Shown: piece after piece, positions 59,684-64,000 of the stretch
Layout: every line of letters begins with the position of its first letter
Numbering within the stretch: position 1 is the stretch's first letter
Source of the DNA: a virus
Reading direction: 5' to 3' (one strand)
Virus record (IMG/VR): IMGVR_UViG_3300005529_000001
Location: 144,882-208,881 of that record
DNA length: 64,000 bases
Made by a program: the position numbers and the translations under genes
Notes under the pieces: model-generated
The model's database searches: none
Seen by the model: only the letters and a program-made list of their open reading frames with translations
Told to the model about the DNA's origin: nothing

Positions 59684-60109
59684 TCATCCACCAAACGGGT
59701 TCTCGTTCTCAGAGACCGTTGTCGCTGTGGCTGTCCCCGGAGACGGGGGCTGGATGAATGCAGCCGCGTTGTTCTGCAGCTTCGCAATGACTCCCTCGAG
59801 CTTCTTCGCCACTTCATCTGCTGCAGCGACGCACTGCTCGATCGTCTGGGTCGCGGTCACCAGGCGACGGACCATCGTTGCTTTCTTGGCTTGGTCCCAC
59901 TTCTTGGCCTTTTTGCGAGACATCAGCTCCTCAAGGCGCTCCTTTCGGAGGGTCGCTGCCCTGAGCGTGTGCTGGATGTAAGCAAGCTGGTACTGCAACA
60001 CCATCGGGTGGTCTTGCGGGACCTCAGCTGCTGGTTTCTGTCCCGTAACAGGCTGTGTCTTCTTGGAGACGGGCAGTGCCGTCGGTGACCTCAACGTGCT
60101 CTTGCGCAT
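59684..60109 (-). CDS. Hypothetical protein
   Basis: 141 aa with a coiled-coil-like middle. Overlaps the second methyltransferase ORF. Confidence 0.3.
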   Translation of the reverse strand: MRKSTLRSPTALPVSKKTQPVTGQKPAAEVPQDHPMVLQYQLAYIQHTLRAATLRKERLEELMSRKKAKKWDQAKKATMVRRLVTATQTIEQCVAAADEVAKKLEGVIAKLQNNAAAFIQPPSPGTATATTVSENENPFGG

Positions 60110-60913
60110 GGTTTGAAACTACCCACTGGCCATCACCAAGTTCACGTAAATGCTTCAACCTGTGAAGCATCTGTTCGAAGATCTCTTCGTCCTTTTCGAT
60201 GACAACGAATCTGCGACCGAGTTTACGAGCAGCAAGCGCTGTCGTCCCCGCACCCGCAAACGGGTCAACGACCCACTCACCCGGTTGGGTGTGGACTTCA
60301 ATGGGAACCTCGATGACACGTTGGGCTTTCTGAGCATCATGGACCTTCCCGCGCATCACCTCGGTCACGTCAGTCCAGACATTGGTTCGCCTGTAGTGCT
60401 CGCTCTTTGCTGGGTATTTCGCGTTGTACCCAGCGTAACCCCGCTTCTCCTCGAGAAGCGGGATGTTGAAGCACCTGGGTTTCTTGATGTCAAGCCCATT
60501 GATGAAGTAAGCACACTCTTCTCGGGTGAAAAGGTAGTTGTGCTTGACACCATAAGCACGTTTCTTTTTCCACGTGATCAAGTTTGCTAGACGAAGCGAT
60601 GTCTCTTCTTCGACCCTGACAAGGTAGCGGAAGAACGGACGAAACTCGGGCGTGCCGATGCCGCCCCAGACATAGAATGCAGCGTTCGGAAGCAACACCC
60701 GTTGCCATTGTGACGTCCAGTACATCATCCAATGGACGAACCTTGTGTCGGGTTCCATGTACTTGTCCCAATATGCGGGCAAGATGTTTCCATAAGGAGG
60801 ATCAGCAACGATCAGTGGCACATCACCAGTGAGCAAACGAATTTGGAGGGGAGTGTCAGCTTGTGCTGAGTCAGCACAGATCGCGTATCCCCCGTCAACT
60901 TTTTCGATCCTCA
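60024..60913 (-). CDS. DNA N6-adenine/N4-cytosine methyltransferase (beta-class), second copy
   Basis: Motif IV LIVADPPYGN and motif I VVDPFAGAGTTALAARKLGRRFVVIEKDE. Start set at a GTG with a GAGGTGG SD. The longer ORF's R-rich N-terminus overlaps the phosphoesterase gene in another frame. Coordinate uncertain by 1-2 nt. Confidence 0.6.
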
Positions 60914-61738
60914 CGCCACCTCTACCAGACCCGCCAAACCAGGATGCCCGTACTCGGCTCCACCGACCATCACCCTGAGGTTCGGCAAGATCTTTCCTTC
61001 GTACTTGCCGTGTGTGTGCCCTGCGAGCACGGTAAAAGTGACAGCCGGGTACGCTCTTGCAGCGTCCATCAGCATGTCTCCCATCATCTTGCTGGTGAAC
61101 CACGGCATCACATGGGGTTCACCTGGCCTGCCCTCATGGACGTGAGCTTGCGCAAACGGCGGGTAGTGAGTCAGGATGACCAGGTTCTTGTGGTAACGGA
61201 CCGCCTGTTTGATGCTGTTCTGTACGTAAGTCACACCTTCGTGTGCATATTTCCGTGCCAGAGACGCGATCGTGGCTTTGCTCCCGTTGACCTCAATGAA
61301 GTCATGGATAGCATGCCAATCCAGCATGTCAAACGAGCTGTTCTGCCAGTCGCCGTAGAGCGCATCGTACCAGCCATCATGGCCCAGGACCGCCGTTTGG
61401 CCCGACAGACCGGGACCGTTCAACGCGACGTACGGGACTGTCGGCAAGTACCGCAAAAACGGGCTAGCGTTGGTGAGGTCTTTCATCAACCGCCGGACTT
61501 CTTCGACTCGAGCACCATAGTAGTCATGGTTCCCCAACACGAAGTAGATCGGTCGCTTGCAGATCTGTTCAAGAGCGCCCAAGTGATATGCCAGCAGCTT
61601 TGCCACCGACAAATCACCGGTCAGGAAGACCCCCGTCGGGGCCTGTTGGACCAGTGACTCACCAAACTGGATGATGCGTTGCCTGTCGTCCCCGAGATGA
61701 TCGAGGTGAATGTCTGTTGCCCATGCGAACTTCGCCAT
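60911..61738 (-). CDS. Calcineurin-like metallophosphoesterase
   Basis: DIHLD, GDLS, GNHDYYG, ILTHYPP and GHTHG: the full metallophosphatase motif set. Confidence 0.7.
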   Translation of the reverse strand: MAKFAWATDIHLDHLGDDRQRIIQFGESLVQQAPTGVFLTGDLSVAKLLAYHLGALEQICKRPIYFVLGNHDYYGARVEEVRRLMKDLTNASPFLRYLPTVPYVALNGPGLSGQTAVLGHDGWYDALYGDWQNSSFDMLDWHAIHDFIEVNGSKATIASLARKYAHEGVTYVQNSIKQAVRYHKNLVILTHYPPFAQAHVHEGRPGEPHVMPWFTSKMMGDMLMDAARAYPAVTFTVLAGHTHGKYEGKILPNLRVMVGGAEYGHPGLAGLVEVA

Positions 61739-61770
61739 GCAATGATCTTACTGCACGGGCGTTACTCTGT

Positions 61771-62475
61771 TCAGTCACGGAGATCCGAACGATTCTCGAA
61801 TGTTGGATCGTAAACTTTTTTGATGAATGCCAACAAGTCGTCCTCGTTAGCGACGTGGAACTTCTTGCAATTCCACTTCACATTTTCGGGTTTAATGTCG
61901 ATCTTGTCGACGCTCTCTCCCAACAAGACGTTGTAGTCGGCTTGGTCGCAAATCCGTTCACGGAGGTGGGGGCGCAGCCTCACCGCGTCCATATAGACTT
62001 CACGGTAATGGATCGCATCGTGCAATGCGCACCGAGCAAAGAAATCGGGCGGGGCTTCGTCACTAAATTCAGCAAGCATCGCAACCAGCTTACTTGACGG
62101 GTGACAGTAGATTTTTTCTCCGCCATCGAGGCGGCGCTGGCGGTCCTTGAGCCACATCCACTTCCGTTGGACCAAGTCGGGATCGGCGAGCTTGCAATAG
62201 ACCCTGACGTACCAAAACTTTTCCTTGTACTGATCGACAGAGATCGTAGACGTCCACGGGTTACCCTGCCCGTTGATCGTTGGGTACGGGTGTTGGAGCC
62301 GTGCACCAATGAACTCTGCGATGGGTCCGATCAACTCGAAGTTCTCTTTGGCTTCTTTGCACTCGTTGGTTTCGTGCCCACGCTCAAAACACCGACGGCA
62401 AACGGGTACTTGGAACTCATTCATGTCAGAAATCCTGGATTGGTTGAGGGGTCCCGTTATTGGGATCGCTACCAT
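61771..62475 (-). CDS. Hypothetical protein with Zn-knuckle
   Basis: 234 aa. CRRCFERGHETNEC. Confidence 0.4.
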   Translation of the reverse strand: MVAIPITGPLNQSRISDMNEFQVPVCRRCFERGHETNECKEAKENFELIGPIAEFIGARLQHPYPTINGQGNPWTSTISVDQYKEKFWYVRVYCKLADPDLVQRKWMWLKDRQRRLDGGEKIYCHPSSKLVAMLAEFSDEAPPDFFARCALHDAIHYREVYMDAVRLRPHLRERICDQADYNVLLGESVDKIDIKPENVKWNCKKFHVANEDDLLAFIKKVYDPTFENRSDLRD

Positions 62476-63151
62476 CGCTCAGGGGCGTCGTTGACGGGCT
62501 CGCGCACTCGGCAAACTGAGGGATCTGCCATGGTTCAGCACAACCCGTTGAAAACCTGATGAGGACATCCTTGTAGAGGTAAAAGTTCGGGCACGTGATC
62601 AGCTTGTTTGGGCACGCGATCCCGGCACGCCACCGGCACGGGCACTGGGCAGTGGGAAGCTCTCCCTTGTTCCAACACCCGACGTTTCCAGACTCGACCG
62701 GTTTTGGCAACACCTGCTGCGTTCCATCGCAATTCAACACCCAGTCACCTGCAATTTTGACAACAAAAGACTTCTTGTCGATGGGCAAGTTAATGTGCGT
62801 GCCCTTCTCACAGTATGAGACTTGAGCAAACCCATCTGGGATGACTCCATCTGGGAAGTTTTTTGCCAAGCACGCTTGGACTTCGTTCGTCAGACGATCG
62901 ATTAGCTCTCCGGAGATGTTCTGTCCTGAGGGATCAAATGGGGTCCCCTCGGGAGTCACCATCGTCGGATTGACGTCATACCTGTCAAATTCATGTTGAG
63001 TGTAACCCAACCACACCTCGTTGCAAGAACCCGCATCGCTCGATGCTATGTCACCGCTGCTGCAACTGGTCACGGCTGTTCCCGTTGACCCGTAAAGAAC
63101 GGTCACGAACAACACGGAAAGACCACCGACAATCCAGTTCTTTAGCTTCAT
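62426..63151 (-). CDS. Secreted Cys-rich protein
   Basis: Signal peptide MKLKNWIVGGLSVLFVTVLYGSTGTAV. 15+ Cys. TATGATACAAT -10-like element upstream. Confidence 0.4.
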   Translation of the reverse strand: MKLKNWIVGGLSVLFVTVLYGSTGTAVTSCSSGDIASSDAGSCNEVWLGYTQHEFDRYDVNPTMVTPEGTPFDPSGQNISGELIDRLTNEVQACLAKNFPDGVIPDGFAQVSYCEKGTHINLPIDKKSFVVKIAGDWVLNCDGTQQVLPKPVESGNVGCWNKGELPTAQCPCRWRAGIACPNKLITCPNFYLYKDVLIRFSTGCAEPWQIPQFAECASPSTTPLSDGSDPNNGTPQPIQDF

Positions 63152-63951
63152 CCGAACATTGTATCATACGCGCCATCGATCAAGCGGTTCGGGACGATAG
63201 GCCTGTTGAGCCAGTGTTCCTCTTGGTCCATGATCGAGTTCGTAAATGAACTACGGACAAACTTGTAACGACCCAGGACATGGTCAGCGTCCTCCCACTT
63301 GATGTAAAGGCCCTCCATCAGTTCGCTGTGGTCGGTGTGACCCCACGCCTCAGCAGCTACGACTCCAGCTGCTTCGCATGCGTTGTTGAAGTTGAGGATA
63401 CGTTCCGTAGTGACAAAATGGCTACGATGGATGTAATCGCTGAGATCTTTCAGGTGTTCAAACTCACCCACGCCTAGAACCTTGACGGGATACGCAACGT
63501 CGCTAGCAAAACGAAGCAGCTTGTCACGGGCTGGCGTAGACAGGAACTTGTCGGTCTCGGTGTCCAGGACGTCGAACTCCATGAAGTAGTGGGGCAGCGC
63601 ATCGTAGAACATGGTGTGTTTGGCATACATCCACTCGCCATACATGATGTAACGAGTGCCCAACAGCTGGCGTAACTCGCTCTGACGAGCGTTGGCCCAC
63701 GTCTTTAGCAGGTCGAAGTGCTTTTCACGAGGTCCACCACGTAGGTAGTGCCCGCGTGACTGGATCAGTAGTTTGCCATCTTCATCGAAGCTGATGCCTG
63801 CATTGGCACCGTCCATTTTCTCTTCGAGAACGAGACGCACGCCACGAAGATCGTCCCAAGGAACAGCTTCAAGATCATGATCTCCGTGTTGGAATCGTGA
63901 TCCTCTTACATGTGCTGTCCGCGGATACTTTCGCATCTCAGGAGAGATCAC
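63148..63951 (-). CDS. ATP-dependent RNA ligase (Rnl-type, KxDG)
   Basis: N-terminal KYPRTAHV and EEKMDGAN (motif I KxDG) as in the DraRnl/NgrRnl-type RNA ligase family. 267 aa. Confidence 0.6.
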   Translation of the reverse strand: MISPEMRKYPRTAHVRGSRFQHGDHDLEAVPWDDLRGVRLVLEEKMDGANAGISFDEDGKLLIQSRGHYLRGGPREKHFDLLKTWANARQSELRQLLGTRYIMYGEWMYAKHTMFYDALPHYFMEFDVLDTETDKFLSTPARDKLLRFASDVAYPVKVLGVGEFEHLKDLSDYIHRSHFVTTERILNFNNACEAAGVVAAEAWGHTDHSELMEGLYIKWEDADHVLGRYKFVRSSFTNSIMDQEEHWLNRPIVPNRLIDGAYDTMFG

Positions 63952-64000
63952 TTTTCCTCTCCTCCAAGATCTGGTCGATCGTCTTCTTCTGATCGCGCCA

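Noticed and set aside
1-64000. CRISPR arrays, tRNA/rRNA genes, integrase/att sites
   Set aside because: No regularly spaced direct repeats. The window is tiled by ORFs with intergenic gaps mostly under 50 nt, leaving no room for a tRNA. No tyrosine or serine recombinase motifs were recognised.

Overview
The window reads as a single, densely packed 64 kb stretch of a large tailed bacteriophage genome, about 55-60% GC, with no tRNA, rRNA or CRISPR array and almost no intergenic space. Roughly 95 genes tile it. Nearly all lie on the minus strand: 942-42272, 45433-52682 and 54009-63951. The plus-strand exceptions are a lone secreted protease at the 5' end (52-945), one small gene (31747-32022), one 1037-aa gene (42319-45432) and a two-gene operon (52728-54004).

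Recognisable content:
- Replication: a bacterial-type replicase (DnaE/Pol III alpha with PHP domain), a FEN-type 5'-3' exonuclease and a DEDD exonuclease.
- Nucleotide metabolism: a thymidylate-synthase-family enzyme, dCMP deaminase, thymidine kinase and a P-loop kinase.
- Sugar-nucleotide enzymes: a UDP-sugar pyrophosphorylase, a UDP-xylose-synthase-like decarboxylase, a 4-epimerase and a glycosyltransferase candidate.
- RNA-end enzymes: two ATP-dependent RNA-ligase-like genes, a CCA-adding enzyme and a metallophosphoesterase.
- NAD-related genes: an HxGH adenylyltransferase-like protein next to a NUDIX hydrolase, a second NUDIX, a HIT protein and a nitrilase-family hydrolase.
- Other: two beta-class DNA methyltransferases, an HNH endonuclease, a Zn-finger/DUF559 endonuclease in a low-GC island, tandem HslV-like Thr peptidases and a multidomain endolysin.
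- Auxiliary metal/redox genes: an azurin-like lipoprotein cupredoxin, an Fe/Mn-SOD-like protein and an IscA/HesB protein.

The most striking unexplained signals are four:
(i) A large family of otherwise unrelated proteins shares a T4-capsid-targeting-sequence-like N-terminal peptide (MKTTxGxL+xLIxEA and variants ending L/I/M-x-E).
(ii) A coherent candidate DNA-hypermodification pathway links the thymidylate-synthase-family gene to sugar-nucleotide enzymes and a glycosyltransferase.
(iii) A conserved start-proximal promoter-like motif C(C/A)TA(C/T)TTA(C/G) occurs at about 11 gene starts.
(iv) An HslU-less HslV peptidase pair.

All functional calls come from motif reading by eye; no database search was possible.
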